Assembly: GCA_001929475.1 (NCBI GenBank)
Contig: LXFE01000603.1
Location: forward strand, 1-34,849
DNA length: 34,849 bases
Reading direction: 5' to 3'
From: Neolecta irregularis DAH-3
Taxonomy: Eukaryota
The notes under the pieces: model-generated
What the model was told of the DNA's origin: nothing
The model's input: only the letters and a program-made list of their open reading frames with translations
Database searches by the model: none
Position numbers and translations under genes: made by a program
Shown: piece after piece, positions 34,222-34,849 of the stretch
Layout: each line of letters starts with the position of its first letter
Position numbering within the stretch: the stretch's first letter is position 1

Positions 34222-34343
34222 TTAGGATAGGTGCAATACAATATTCACTAAATAACCCAAATTGCTTACATAAAATGATTCTATCTGGCCATTTCTTTCA
34301 TTGGTGAAATATGCTGCACATACAAAATTCATGTCATATCATC

Positions 34344-34760
34344 GTTATCACCGTGTCACGTGATCCTTGACAACTTCAGGTACATCTTACTAATACGGCA
34401 AGAGGCGTGGAATCATATTGCGGCCTTTATGGCCGGATATAAACTTGATGTAATTAGAATACCTAGCTGGAGATACAACACTTAGGCTAGTACTATAAAC
34501 CTGGTCTTATTTGTACTCCGGAGCTTCAAAGCTTATAGGGGGAGTGTCAGCACACCGACTTGGACTTGGTGCTTTGTGAGACTCGGGTTGGATACTTGTG
34601 AGTACTTGACTCAGTGTTGGCAACGGGTCATGGACCGGGCCCCCCAAAAAAGCCCATGGGTTAGCCTATGGGCTAAGATAGGCTTTTTTATGTGATACCG
34701 TGATAACTAGATTATATACCTACCACTACCATGCCCACTAACCCAGTGTTGGAAACAATA
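34344..34760. repeat. Non-coding patchwork of short inverted and direct repeats, possibly further transposon relics
   Basis: GTTATCACCGTGTCAC (34344-34359) is inverted at 34692-34707 (14/16); GACTTG/GACTCG motifs at 34557-34611; CAGTGTTGG at 34612 and 34744; hairpin AGCCCATGGG-tt-AGCCTATGGGCT at about 34651-34674. Confidence 0.4.
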
Positions 34761-34849
34761 TATAAAAATAAAGATAATACATTTGTTCTGTCCCACCTGT
34801 GGAATCGCCCAGCCTCACCACCAAATCCACTAGCCTCATAAAATATACC

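Overview
Compact, intron-rich fungal genomic DNA; no prokaryotic features, tRNA, rRNA or CRISPR were recognised. Protein signatures and very short introns suggest an early-diverging ascomycete (Taphrinomycotina, possibly Neolecta-like; inference). I spliced all gene models by hand. Recognisable genes: OCH1, an Rgf3/Tus1-type Rho1 GEF, a histidine phosphatase, VMA11, Rsr1/Rap1 GTPase, SND1, TAL1, an APC amino-acid permease, PRP31, URA3 and an Rgf1/Rom2-type Rho1 GEF. There are also several orphans. Most notable: (1) 45 of 46 introns in ten conserved genes are 34-46 nt, 28 of 46 lack +5G, 3 are GC-AG and 12 end in AAG, suggesting length-dominated intron recognition. (2) A three-exon gene missed by the ORF track (33093-33595, -) encodes a signal peptide, acidic pro-region, Kex2 KR site and a 27-aa amphipathic peptide, and sits among transposon-like repeats. 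(3) A possibly ancient cell-wall/polarity gene neighbourhood (OCH1, two Rho1 GEFs, RSR1, with SND1 and TAL1). (4) A steep GC gradient in SND1 followed by decayed duplications of its C-terminal codons.
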